A stretch of 64,000 nucleotides of DNA from an uncultured Methanoregulaceae archaeon. GTDB taxonomy: Archaea > Halobacteriota > Methanomicrobia > Methanomicrobiales > Methanospirillaceae. Below the pieces are notes generated by a model. That model had not been told where the DNA came from and ran no database searches. It worked only from the letters and a program-made list of their open reading frames with translations. The DNA lies in the NCBI GenBank assembly GCA_963717525.1, contig OY970343.1, positions 320,001 to 384,000 of the forward strand. Direction: 5' to 3'. Shown here piece by piece: positions 1-9,912 of this stretch. Both the position numbers and the translations under genes were made by a program. Position 1 is the stretch's first letter, and the number at the start of each line of letters is the position of its first letter.

Positions 1-300
1 CGATTGTATTGATTCATCGGAAAGTGTTACTTCAATTACCCGGTGATTTACAGCATCGCGTATATCGGGAAAGTCTGAATAAATCTGCTCTGGGGATATG
101 TTGCCCTTCACATATTCGTTGTAAATCGGGATTTTGTGTCTGTTTTTCAACTCAAAAAAAATCTGACGAGTCCGAAGTGTCTGACAAGCAGACTCATTCA
201 TCTCAACCTGGGCGATGGTTCCAAAACCTGCCTGATGAAATCCCTCACTGATCCCTCCGCAACCCGCAAACAGATCGACGGTAAAAAACTTGGGCTTCAT
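1..300 (-). CDS. DNA (cytosine-5)-methyltransferase, N-terminal 100 codons (runs off window edge; absent from ORF track)
   Basis: Manual translation from ATG at 300: MKPKFFTVDLFAGCGGISEGFHQAGFGTIAQVEMNESACQTLRTRQIFFELK...; DLFAGCGG is C5-MTase motif I (FxGxG), followed by motif II; frame open to position 1. Confidence 0.93.
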   Translation of the reverse strand, partial: MKPKFFTVDLFAGCGGISEGFHQAGFGTIAQVEMNESACQTLRTRQIFFELKNRHKIPIYNEYVKGNISPEQIYSDFPDIRDAVNHRVIEVTLSDESIQS

Positions 301-397
301 CTGGGATTCAGAATACTATTCTCTTTAAAATTATTAAAAGCCCTGGTGTAAACGAGAGGTCAGAATATATATGCTGTGGAAAAATATATAGAAATCC
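301..397. promoter_or_regulatory. AT-rich divergent promoter region between MTase and ATPase operon
   Basis: 97-bp gap between divergent ATGs containing TTTAAAATTATTAAAA and two AATATATA TATA-like boxes. Confidence 0.45.
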
Positions 398-2364
398 ATG
401 ACATCTTTTCGGGATAGTCAGCCCGACTGGAAATTTAAACCCAAAGCAAAAGATGACATGGCAGTTGATCCTTTTCAGGATGAATTTTTCAAGACAGAAT
501 CCGTAGGCGGGTTTTCTCATGCCCTTTTGCGGGAAACGATTCAGAACTCCCTTGACGCAAAAGCCGGAGGTAGTTCAGAGGTCAGGATTTGTATCTCTGT
601 TTTCCGGAGTAATCCTCCTATATATGATGAAAAATACCGCGCATTTTTCAGCGGCCTTAATGAACACCTGAATGCATCGAATAGCGGTCTGATTGACCGC
701 CCCGATCCGAATGCATCCTTGGATTTTCTGGTGATCGAGGATTTCAATACAACCGGTCTGGAAGGTGACCCGCTACTCGCCGATAATCCGGAAGACGAAA
801 GCGCCCGGGAAAATTTCTTTTATTTCTGGAGAAATTACGGCCGATCCGGAAAATCCGGAAGCGAACGGGGTCGATGGGGTCTGGGTAAAACCGTCTTTAG
901 TGCAGTGTCGAAAATTAATACCTTCTTCGGCCTTACAGTCAGGCAGAGTGATCAGCGCTCCCTTCTCATGGGGCAGTCGGTACTCAAGATCCATGGCATT
1001 GAAAACAAATCATTTCTGCCTTACGGAGGTTTTGGTTCATTCGGTGATTCACAGGGAGAACAGTTTTTTCCAATACCGATTGGGGATCCGGAACTGATCC
1101 GTCAATTTTCAGAAACATTTCATGTCTCCCGGACAACAGAACCCGGATTTTCCATTGTCATTCCTTTTCCGTACGAGGACATATCTTTAAAATCACTGAA
1201 GACCGGCCTAATCAAGCAGTTTTTTTATCCGATTATATCAGGAGATCTGTCCGTTACTATTCAGGAAAACGGCAGCAGTATCGATCTGAATAGGGACAGC
1301 GTCAACCCCCTCATTACAAACGGATCTTTTCTGACCTCAGATTTTGATGGTGAAATCGAGGATGTTAATCTGATTAAACTCTTCAGTTTCGCAAAGACGG
1401 CCATCAATCTGGAGGAGGAGGAGTATGTCTACCTGAATCCACCGGACGACCTGAATGTTCTTCCTGCATGGCATGACAGCCTGTTTGAGGGCATTTCTCT
1501 GACAAACCTCAGAAAAAATTTGATCAGTGCGATGTTATCGGTTTTAAGATCCCGATAAAAGTCCAAAGGACCGGTCATCAGCCGCGACTAAACTGGTTCC
1601 GGGCATTCGTCCATCGCGATGGGACACTGAACAGCGCTGAAAATTATTTCATACGCGAGGGTATCAGAATCAGCAGTATCATCTCATTCCGGGATCGGGG
1701 GATCAGAGGGATGGTTGTTATCGATGAAGGAGAACTGACCACACTGATAGGTGACGCAGAAAATCCCGCCCATACGGAATGGCAGAAAGACTCATCGAAA
1801 TTCCGGAATAAATACAAACATGGTGCCAAGACACTCGATTTTGTCAAGGCAAGTTTAAGAGAAATTATACGGCGACTGATGAGGCCGCCGGTTGGCGTAG
1901 ATACTGAAGCTCTTAAGGATGTATTCTATTTCGATCTAACACAGAATGTGACAACAGAAGAAAAACCCCAAAAGGCCCGTGACAAGAAAGAAAAGGGGGA
2001 AAAACCCGGGGATGGGCCGGACGTGGATGTTGAATCCAGAGTAAAATCGATTTTCCTCTCCAAAATTTCGGGAGGTGTTCGGGTTTCTCATAACCCGGTA
2101 TCTGAAAAACCCGTTTCATCGATAGAAATCAGATTTGCCTATGGTGTAAGAAAAGGGAACCCGTTTACAAAGTACCAGAGGCCCGATTTTAATCTGGCGG
2201 ATAAAACGATAACAATCGGAGGATCCGGATTTGAACTAATCAGCGCTTCTGAAAATATATTGAGAGCTGACATCACCAGTCAGGATTTCGAGATTACCAT
2301 CGCCGGTTTTGACGAACTGCGGGATTTGATTGTCAGTTCAAAATGTTATGAGGTGTCGGAATGA
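398..2364 (+). CDS. GHKL (HATPase_c/MORC-like) ATPase, about 655 aa, split by one frameshift at the A-run near 1515
   Basis: Motifs RETIQNSLDA (N-box), IEDFNTTGLEG (G1), SGKSGSERGRWGLGKT (G2 loop); restoring one A gives KKFDQCDVIGFKIPIKV...RGMVVIDEGE, joining ORF 1711-2364. Confidence 0.8.
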
Positions 2365-3153
2365 TCCGGAAATTCAATTATACCGGACGAAAGAAAATTG
2401 AGAAAAGTAATATTCACATACGGCTTATCAGGGACACGACACCCTATCCGTATTTTGACATGAAAATAAGTATCAGCCCTGAAGATTTTCCGGAAGATTC
2501 TGAATTGTTTGTTGAGGCCTATGATCGTACGTCGTTTATGCGCTTTAAGTGTGGAACCCTGAAGAATCCGCAATATCCGGAAGATCGCCATCTTACCGAA
2601 ATTCACAGGTACTGACTCGATAATGTTCCGGGTCAAAATAGTGGATCCCTCAGCCCAGCACGGCAAAATTCTGGGTGTCGCAGACCGCATTTCATCTGTT
2701 GGAGAAAGTCAGGAGGACACAAAGCACATTACCTTGTTACCCGTCACATATGACGATATCGGGAAAGAAATCTGGAAACTGGATTTCCGGGATATCGGGC
2801 CGGTTTTGGTTCTGAATAATAAAATTGAATCCGTGCCTGTGACAGAACTGGTAAGATCAAACGAGTTATTTTTCAGCCTTGTATATCCACCGGTACTTCG
2901 GGAGATTCTTGTCCGGATACTGGTTATTGATGATGCATTTGAAGAGGAGGATCCGGAAGCATGGCAGAATCTCTGGCTGGCATTTGTGGAAAGCCTGCAG
3001 GATGTTCCCAAAATCACTGGAACATATGAATTTGAAAATTCATCATCAAACCAAGATTATTTTCTGAAATGGATTGACAGTGATGTTATTCCGGCGTTCT
3101 GCAGGAAGTATTCGGTAAAAGAAAAATTTGAAACTGACATCGGGAGGCTCTGA
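2361..3153 (+). CDS. Hypothetical protein (about 263 aa), split by one frameshift near 2605-2612
   Basis: ORFs 2361-2615 and 2623-3153 join on removing one base; ATGA overlap with upstream ATPase; MIRKFNYTGRKKI N-terminus. Confidence 0.7.
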
Positions 3154-3906
3154 ATGGTACGAATTCGTGAACTCAATGATGCCGGTATTGAGAAATTCAA
3201 ATATTACCTAGCAGCAATGCGGGAAACCGGTGAATCGGAAACGTCGCTTCCGGAGCTGCTTTCTGATGAAACCTATACGAGTCTGATTCCCAATAAAATC
3301 GAGATCGAAGTCGGCAATTTTGCAACAAAGTACGAAATTGCCCGGTATCTTCATGAAAAAGTATCAAAAATTATGCCGGATAAGCGGTACCGGAATGTCG
3401 GAATGTGGACATGGCTTGCAGTATTCTATTTCGATTTACTTTGTCCGGCTGACAAGAACGGGAACAGGAAGATTGGAGAAGACTCCAGATATATTCTGAA
3501 CGGCGATGAATGGGACAGAATCTTCCGTCATCTACTGGCGGGACCAGTGATGATATTTGATCTGCACCGAGAACACTCAATTATTCTTCTCTATAATCCT
3601 GTTGATGAAACGGGAGATTTTCTTGCCCAGCTGACGGGTCGCCAGGATTTCGGCAGGAATAGATGTATCATTGAGGTTGCTAAAATCCTGTATTTTGATC
3701 CTGTAAAAAAGAAGCCAAAACGCGGCACCGTTCTCAAAGAACACAGACCCGGGACACTCCGGCGTTTTGTTGATGTTCTGCAGCAGTTGGATCTTACCTA
3801 CGATCTGTATTCAATATCAAGTGAGGAACTCATCCGGTTATTACCATCTGAATTCAAGTCGCAGAATTATCTCTCAAAAAAGCAGGCAGTTATAAAGGAA
3901 GATTGA
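3154..3906 (+). CDS. Hypothetical protein, 250 aa, third gene of the ATPase operon
   Basis: Intact ORF abutting the upstream stop; segments WTWLAVFYFDLLCP, HLLAGP, GTLRRFVDVLQQLDLTYDLY. Confidence 0.8.
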   Translation: MVRIRELNDAGIEKFKYYLAAMRETGESETSLPELLSDETYTSLIPNKIEIEVGNFATKYEIARYLHEKVSKIMPDKRYRNVGMWTWLAVFYFDLLCPADKNGNRKIGEDSRYILNGDEWDRIFRHLLAGPVMIFDLHREHSIILLYNPVDETGDFLAQLTGRQDFGRNRCIIEVAKILYFDPVKKKPKRGTVLKEHRPGTLRRFVDVLQQLDLTYDLYSISSEELIRLLPSEFKSQNYLSKKQAVIKED

Positions 3907-3929
3907 TTATTCTTTCCCCGATCACCTGA

Positions 3930-4195
3930 AATGCGTCGAGGGGGAGCCGGAGCCAAGCCCACGCGGCACGGGGGCGAAAGCCCCCATTTGAGCGTCTCCC
4001 CCTCCCCAAAATACGCCCGTAAAATCGCCCGATAGATCTCGTTTGCGTTCGGCCGGGGAAACAGGTATACTCAAAGAAACAGGGTGGGCCAAAAATGTTA
4101 ACGGCCAAGGCGCTTCCTGGCGGGTGGCCCGAAGGACGGCGAAGACTCCAAGGACTCTACCAGCGGCGCAGCGGAGCGGGTTATGTCGCATTCGA
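3930..4195. repeat. GC-rich structured intergenic element
   Basis: GGGGGC-GAAA-GCCCCC hairpin (3970-3985) nested in a GAGGGGGAG/CTCCCCCTC stem (3938-3946/3996-4004). Confidence 0.4.
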
Positions 4196-4724
4196 CGATC
4201 AAAAGAAGATGAATTAATCGGGCCTATGATCTTCGTTTTTTTATTGTTTTGGCGGAAAGAGTGAGCTGGGAAAAGGGGTGTAGTACAATTAGGAGAACTA
4301 CGGTGATTTTACCCGAACCAGCGTGATCCAGAAACGACCCGCATTTCAACCAAAGAATTCAATAAATTCTGATGATTTTTTGGAATATAAGCCCACGCGT
4401 ATTTCAGGTGCGGTCAAATGGAATATACGCCCGGGCGGATCCTGAATTGGCAGAGACTGTTTTTACGTCGTTGAATGTGCAGTTACAGCGCGTCCAAAAT
4501 GACATTTCCCAGCTCCGCGCGCGCGCTTTTGAAATGCAATACAAACAGAATCCCGGAGTCGGATTGCATATCTTTATTATTGATCGCGTCGATCATGTGA
4601 TCTGAACCCAAGGAGGTTCAATTTTGACAAACGAAGGTTGGAAAACTGAGAATTCCGACCCGAGAAAAATGCACCCGACCTGGGCGTTCTTTCATTTTCT
4701 TTAGAATATTTCTCAATGTAACTG

Positions 4725-4742
4725 GTTGTCGTATACGACAAC
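4725..4742. promoter_or_regulatory. Perfect 18-bp palindrome, candidate operator
   Basis: GTTGTCGTATACGACAAC, about 170 bp upstream of the pilin gene. Confidence 0.5.
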
Positions 4743-4911
4743 ACGGGATTAGACCTGTGTTTTTCCCCGGGAATTCCCTTTTCTGACAGAAGTTGGCATA
4801 TTATAAACATACATCCTGTTTTTCCCGGACCGTCAATCATATCCTTATCTTACATAATGTCACTCACTCTTTTCGATCACATTTATTGCATATAATAAAA
4901 AACCCAATGTT

Positions 4912-5421
4912 GTGCAGTCATCTCGAAGAAATCATGATGCAGCCTCCCCGGCTCTTGGTATCCTCCTGATGCTTGCAATCACGCTCATCCTTGCGGTACT
5001 TGTCCTGTTGATGTTCCATCTGCCGTACCTCTATGACTCTTCTATTCCCGCAATCTTCAAGATAACAAATATCCGGCATACTAACGAACACGGGGCGCTG
5101 AATTATGACAGTTATATGGTGGTGATGAATACCGGCACGACAGGGTACAGGAACGCGAATCTCTATGCGATGACCTACCGGAACGGGATAAACCTTGACT
5201 GTCGGATCGAGACATTAAACGGGCATGATTTCATCCCGACACATCACTTTAAGATCCAGACCATGGGAGGGCCTGGATCGCGGGGAACCATTTGGAATCC
5301 CATCGAGCTCATCTTCATCGATTTCAAAGACGGAACCTTTCACCCGGGGGATCTCGTCACTTTCGACGTGTATGATAATTCTACAAAACAGATCATCTCA
5401 CGCCACACGTATACGGCATAA
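4912..5421 (+). CDS. Archaeal type IV pilin-like protein (DUF1628-type N-terminus)
   Basis: Class III-like signal RRNHDAASPALGILLMLAITLILAVLV. Confidence 0.8.
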   Translation: MQSSRRNHDAASPALGILLMLAITLILAVLVLLMFHLPYLYDSSIPAIFKITNIRHTNEHGALNYDSYMVVMNTGTTGYRNANLYAMTYRNGINLDCRIETLNGHDFIPTHHFKIQTMGGPGSRGTIWNPIELIFIDFKDGTFHPGDLVTFDVYDNSTKQIISRHTYTA

Positions 5422-5459
5422 ACCATTGAAAAAAGGATGATCGGATCGGCCCAGGCCTT

Positions 5460-5654
5460 TCACTCATCGAGCCGTTTGAACACGCCTTTCTTGCATTTGA
5501 CGATCTTGCAGAGCGGGCAGATCCATGTATTCGGCAAATCCTCAAACGGGACACCCGGTGGGATGCCCTGTGTTTTATCCCCTTTGGCCGGATCATAGAT
5601 ATAGTGGCATTCGAGACATACCCAGCGGGCAAGTTTTTCCGTCTGTTGGGTCAT
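5460..5654 (-). CDS. Rubredoxin
   Basis: [12 protein letters not shown]...[13 protein letters not shown]. Confidence 0.93.
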   Translation of the reverse strand: MTQQTEKLARWVCLECHYIYDPAKGDKTQGIPPGVPFEDLPNTWICPLCKIVKCKKGVFKRLDE

Positions 5655-5749
5655 TTACGTACCTCGGATAATTCGATTTAATCATTCTACGTTGTCAGAT
5701 ATGAAATCTCCTGAAAGGGCAGGAGAGAATCCCTTTTTCTCCCCCCTGC

Positions 5750-6310
5750 TTACCGGGCAAAATCGTGTGCGGCCCGGGCCGAGAGCCGTGCGACCCGGAG
5801 GGGTTCGGGGATCTTTCCTTCGTGGGTGAACGCCATGCAGAGCCTGCCGGCATCCGCTGGGTCAAGGCCCCAGCTGCGGAGATACACGGTCTGCCCGTCC
5901 GGGAGGATATGGGAGACGCGATCGCCCAGGCGCCGGTATGCATCCAGCCGTGCAGTGTCCCCGGGAAAATGGTGGCAGATGTCGCCGTCCAGCCCTGCGG
6001 ACTCTTCGTATGTCACGCAGATGACCGGCAGACCCGTGCATTTATGCACTCGTTCGGCATCGATTATGTTAAAAAAGGCGATCACGCAGCCCGAGAGGAA
6101 GATCACGTTGATGTCCCGGCGATCAAGGGTTTGGACGATTGCAAGGACTCCCTCAGTTGCGTCCATGCCGCCCACCGCCACGCGGGAAAAAGCACACCCG
6201 TCGATGATGAGATCCTTGCGCATCACGATCCCGGCAAGCGTTGAATGCTCCCGGCCGGAGTAACTCTCCGCGATGCCGAGAGCACGGAGGCCTTTTTTCG
6301 GGATATGCAT
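5750..6310 (-). CDS. DUF99 family (endonuclease V-like fold) protein
   Basis: MHIPKKGLRALGIAES..., GGMDAT, GKIPEPLRVARL; start taken at ATG 6310. Confidence 0.85.
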   Translation of the reverse strand: MHIPKKGLRALGIAESYSGREHSTLAGIVMRKDLIIDGCAFSRVAVGGMDATEGVLAIVQTLDRRDINVIFLSGCVIAFFNIIDAERVHKCTGLPVICVTYEESAGLDGDICHHFPGDTARLDAYRRLGDRVSHILPDGQTVYLRSWGLDPADAGRLCMAFTHEGKIPEPLRVARLSARAAHDFAR

Positions 6311-6349
6311 AGAAGCACTTATGACAAACCCGTTAAAAATACTATACCA

Positions 6350-7273
6350 ATGAAATTCAACAAAGATGAGGTCTGCATCCTTATCCCCACGCTCAACGAG
6401 AGCCTGAGCATCGGCCCGGTGATAAAAGAGTTCCGCACCCTGGGCTACAACCACATCCTGGTCATCGATGGCAAGAGCTCGGACAATACCGTGAAAAATG
6501 CACGGGAGGCCGGGGCCGTTGTCCGGACTCAGTCCGGCAAGGGTAAGGGGAACGCGATCATCGAAGCGTTCGAGATTATTGAGGAGCCCTATATCCTGAT
6601 GGTGGATGGCGACGGGACATACTCGGCAAAGGATGCGGAAAAGATGCTCACCCCGCTCTTTTTGGGGTTCGACCAGGTGATCGGTGACCGGCTCATCAAT
6701 GCAGAAGAAGGATCGTTCTCACACATCAACCTCTTCGGCAACCACCTGCTCAACCTCTTTTTCAAGCTCGCCCACAGCCGGGACCTCCACGATATCCTCT
6801 CCGGGTACCGGGCGTTCACAAAACTGTCCATCCAGCAGATGAACCTCAAGGAGACCGGCTTTGAGATCGAGACCGAGATGTCTGTTGAAGCGGTACGGAA
6901 CGGCCAGCGGATCATGGTAGTTCCCATCCGATATTCCCGCCGCCCGGGAACACCGACCAAACTCTCCCCCTTCCATGACGGGATCCGGATCATTACCACA
7001 ATCTACCGCCTTGCCCGGGTCAACAACCCGCTCTTTTATTTTGGCATCATGGGCATTTTTACGGCCATCCTGGGGATTCTTACCGGCATATACGTCACTA
7101 TAGAATGGCTGCACGGGATCCAACATATCCCGCTGACGATTCTTACCGTGCTTCTCATCGTCGTCGGTATCGAGATCTTCATGTTTGGGATGATCTCGGA
7201 TATGCTGCTCGTCTTCCACCGGGAAATTATCCGTGAGATCCAGCTGAACCAGCCGCCCCGGCAGCAGAAGTAA
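6350..7273 (+). CDS. aglJ: GT2 glycosyltransferase, AglJ-like (N-glycosylation)
   Basis: LIPTLNE, IDGKSSDNT, GKGKGNA, DGDGTY, DILSGYRAF, GFEIETE and two C-terminal TM helices. Confidence 0.8.
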   Translation: MKFNKDEVCILIPTLNESLSIGPVIKEFRTLGYNHILVIDGKSSDNTVKNAREAGAVVRTQSGKGKGNAIIEAFEIIEEPYILMVDGDGTYSAKDAEKMLTPLFLGFDQVIGDRLINAEEGSFSHINLFGNHLLNLFFKLAHSRDLHDILSGYRAFTKLSIQQMNLKETGFEIETEMSVEAVRNGQRIMVVPIRYSRRPGTPTKLSPFHDGIRIITTIYRLARVNNPLFYFGIMGIFTAILGILTGIYVTIEWLHGIQHIPLTILTVLLIVVGIEIFMFGMISDMLLVFHREIIREIQLNQPPRQQK

Positions 7274-7432
7274 TCCCTGCCGTCATTTTCTTTTACTTTT
7301 TTTCCACATTCATGGTCTCATGCCGGCCCTTATTTCAAAAACAGCAGGACCCCCATCCTCCTTATACTTGACGAGGGGGTACCCCGCCCGTTATCATGAT
7401 CGGCCATCCCGACCTTCAAAAAAGCCGGTAGC

Positions 7433-7712
7433 CCCCTACCCCCCACCTTGTGGTCCGCCAAAAAATGATCGGACCGATCAATTTCGAAATTGGTCGGGGT
7501 AACCATCCATGTTCCCGTATCACTGCATGTTTTTCCACTGGACCTTCAGATGAAACAAGGTGATCGGTCCGATCGTATACAAAATCGATCGGTTCGACCA
7601 CTATCAGATTTGATTGGGGCGACCATCAGAGCACGCGGATCAGGGGTAGTCCCCTCCCACACCCCATGTGGTTCGCAAAAAAATGATCGAACCGATCGAT
7701 CACCCCTACCCC
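7433..7712. repeat. Intergenic cluster of GATC-flanked palindromes with a ~47-bp imperfect direct repeat
   Basis: 7433-7480 resembles 7651-7697; TGATCGGACCGATCA at 7466, TGATCGGTCCGATCG at 7561, variants at 7586 and 7684. Confidence 0.65.
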
Positions 7713-7800
7713 CTATTCATATGGGAGAGGACCCGGTTCCTAAAAAAAATATCTGGCCCGGTCTATGAGAGGCTAAAAAAATCCGGTTACCTGCCAGGTT

Positions 7801-8337
7801 TTAGCGGAACATCTTCCTGAATGCAAGGACCCTGCAGGCATGTTCGGCAAGGGAGGTGAGCTGGAAGGCCTCATCCAGCGTTGCTCCTCCGGCAAAGGTC
7901 CCGTGCCCCTGGGCAATAACCAGTTTGTGATGCTGCATCATGCCCGCTACTGCATCCGCAAGCCTCTGGGTTCCGGGCACTCCCGCGATCACGGGGATGA
8001 GCGGGCAAAACATGATCCCTTCGCTGTCCAGTGGCCGGATCTCGTCTGATACAAGCGAGGCGGCAACAGCATACGGGGGATGAGCATGCACGATTGCCTT
8101 GTATGCGGTCTTTTTATAGACCGCAAGATGGACACGGTACTCGCTCGAGGCGTCTTTTGGGACCTCCCCGCTGAAGGGTACAAACACGGGATCTCCCGGA
8201 TCATCGAGGTAGGCCCCGGTTCGCTTGACAAAAAATCCTTTCTCCCCGTCCCGCACGCTGATATTCCCGAAGTTCCCGCCGACCAGATGTTCGGCAAACA
8301 ACCGTCTTCCTATCCGTTCAAAGCCATAATCCTGCAT
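7801..8337 (-). CDS. Class II aldolase/adducin family (fuculose-phosphate aldolase-like)
   Basis: GNFGNISVR, ASSEYRVH, IVHAHPPY, GHGTF. Confidence 0.9.
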   Translation of the reverse strand: MQDYGFERIGRRLFAEHLVGGNFGNISVRDGEKGFFVKRTGAYLDDPGDPVFVPFSGEVPKDASSEYRVHLAVYKKTAYKAIVHAHPPYAVAASLVSDEIRPLDSEGIMFCPLIPVIAGVPGTQRLADAVAGMMQHHKLVIAQGHGTFAGGATLDEAFQLTSLAEHACRVLAFRKMFR

Positions 8338-8956
8338 CCTTTGCACCTCTTTTTCGTACACCACTCTTTAGCGTATTCAACGATATGGGCATGGGTCTGG
8401 TGGTAAACGTGGGGATCCTCTGCAAGAATACTCTCAAAGAGTGGTTTGAGCCCTGAGCGGTGTGTGGTGATGCCGCCGCACCGCGCAAGGCGTTCGGTAT
8501 AAGAATCAATGACAAAGCTGGCCGGGCAAACCCGTAGCAGAGGATACTATCCGCAGTCTCTTCGCCGATCCCGTTCACACCGAGCAACCCTTCACGGAGT
8601 TCCTCTGTCGGTATAGTATCCATGACGGACACCCCGCCGCAGGTGTCTGTGACAAACGCAGCGAGCACCTTGAGCCGGCGTGCCTTTATCCGGTAAAACC
8701 CGGTGCACCGGATAGCTGACTCGATATCGGGAAGGTCCGCTGCACAGAGAGCAGACAGGGAACAGAGGTTGCGTTCTTTGAGCAGCCGAAGTGCCTGTTC
8801 CACGTTCTCCCACCGTGTTTGCTGGGTGAGAATCGCTCCGATCATCACCTCGTCAGTATCCCCCGGCCACCAGGGAATCTCCCCGAACCGGCGTTTGAGG
8901 ATACCAACAATTTTTTTTGCCAAAGCGGCGTTTTCAGCGGAACTGGATGCCGACAT
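8310..8956 (-). CDS. HhH-GPD endonuclease III-related DNA glycosylase; frameshift near 8520
   Basis: WWPGDT, GAILTQQTRWENV, GFYRIKA, GIGEETADSILCY; shifted frame continues SFVIDSYT...HAHIVEYAKEWC. Confidence 0.85.
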
Positions 8957-9584
8957 CCCGCATCCTGTTGTACCGTGCGATATTGAGCACCAGTGGTGTG
9001 AGCGATTCGATCTGCGGTGAAACGGCAAGCGGCCCGGCGTTGAAGGCCTGGAGTTTCGAGATCCGGTTCACGATCCCCATCACCTGCTGTTTTGCCTCCT
9101 CATCGTCACCGCATACCGGTACCGAGTACGCCAGCTCCTCGTCCAGCGCCTTCCACCGGTTGGCGGCAATGGTGTTGAACGCACAGCAGAGCCTTGCCTC
9201 TTTTGGCAGGAGTTTTTGTATCAGTAGCGCTGCAGACCCTTCCGGCGGGGGGACAAAAACAAAGTGATCCTTCTTCTCCATCGGGTTGACCGGGCTTATG
9301 ACTATCTTTTCCTCAAACCCATGCAAAGTCGAGAGTGTTGGGACTACGTGCCGGAACGGGATCGCGAGGATGACCACTTCAGCCCTGTCCACGGCGTCCT
9401 GGTTGGTGACGCCGCACAGGGAACATTCCTGCCCCCGGTTTTTCAGGGTCTCCCGGGTTATCGTGCAGCTTGCCTCGGCCTTGTCCTGCTCCCGCGAGCC
9501 AACCACCAGGTCAAAAACCGGGGAGAGGCGCATGGCCATGCCTTCCCCGATATCCCCGGTCCCGCCGACAATGCCGATCTTCAC
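8934..9584 (-). CDS. npdG: NADPH-dependent F420 reductase
   Basis: IGIVGGTGDIGEG, VGSR, ISPVNP, SAA, AFNT, IESLTPLVLN. Confidence 0.92.
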   Translation of the reverse strand: MKIGIVGGTGDIGEGMAMRLSPVFDLVVGSREQDKAEASCTITRETLKNRGQECSLCGVTNQDAVDRAEVVILAIPFRHVVPTLSTLHGFEEKIVISPVNPMEKKDHFVFVPPPEGSAALLIQKLLPKEARLCCAFNTIAANRWKALDEELAYSVPVCGDDEEAKQQVMGIVNRISKLQAFNAGPLAVSPQIESLTPLVLNIARYNRMRDVGIQFR

Positions 9585-9857
9585 TTATCCCACCAGCGGC
9601 CGGAGCAGGTTTTCGAGCGTGGCGGCATCGGTGACGCCTTCCATGGTCTGGACGACCTTCCCGTCCTTTTCGATAATAAGGGTCGGGACTACGCGGATCC
9701 CGTATTTTTCCGCAAGATCCATGTGCTCGTCGACGTCTACTTTTTTTATCTCAATGGCGTCGCCCAGTTTCTTTGCCAGCTCTTCGATGATCGGCGTCTG
9801 CATACGGCAGGGACCGCACCATGTGGCAAAAAAGTCGTACAGAACGGGTTTTGTCAT
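9585..9857 (-). CDS. trxA: Thioredoxin
   Basis: FFATWCGPC, VVPTL. Confidence 0.93.
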   Translation of the reverse strand: MTKPVLYDFFATWCGPCRMQTPIIEELAKKLGDAIEIKKVDVDEHMDLAEKYGIRVVPTLIIEKDGKVVQTMEGVTDAATLENLLRPLVG

Positions 9858-9912
9858 AGAATCATACCCGGTAGAGTAGTCGGTCAAAAAAAAAGATAAA
9901 TCTATGGTATTG

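Noticed and set aside
9..351. Plus-strand ORFs 9-251 and 136-351
   Set aside because: Shadows of the minus-strand C5 methyltransferase
4096..4190. Integron attC site as a firm feature
   Set aside because: End boxes pair poorly and no integron integrase or further cassettes are visible
7433..7712. Possible CRISPR array
   Set aside because: Repeats are irregular and degenerate, lack uniform spacers, and no cas genes are present
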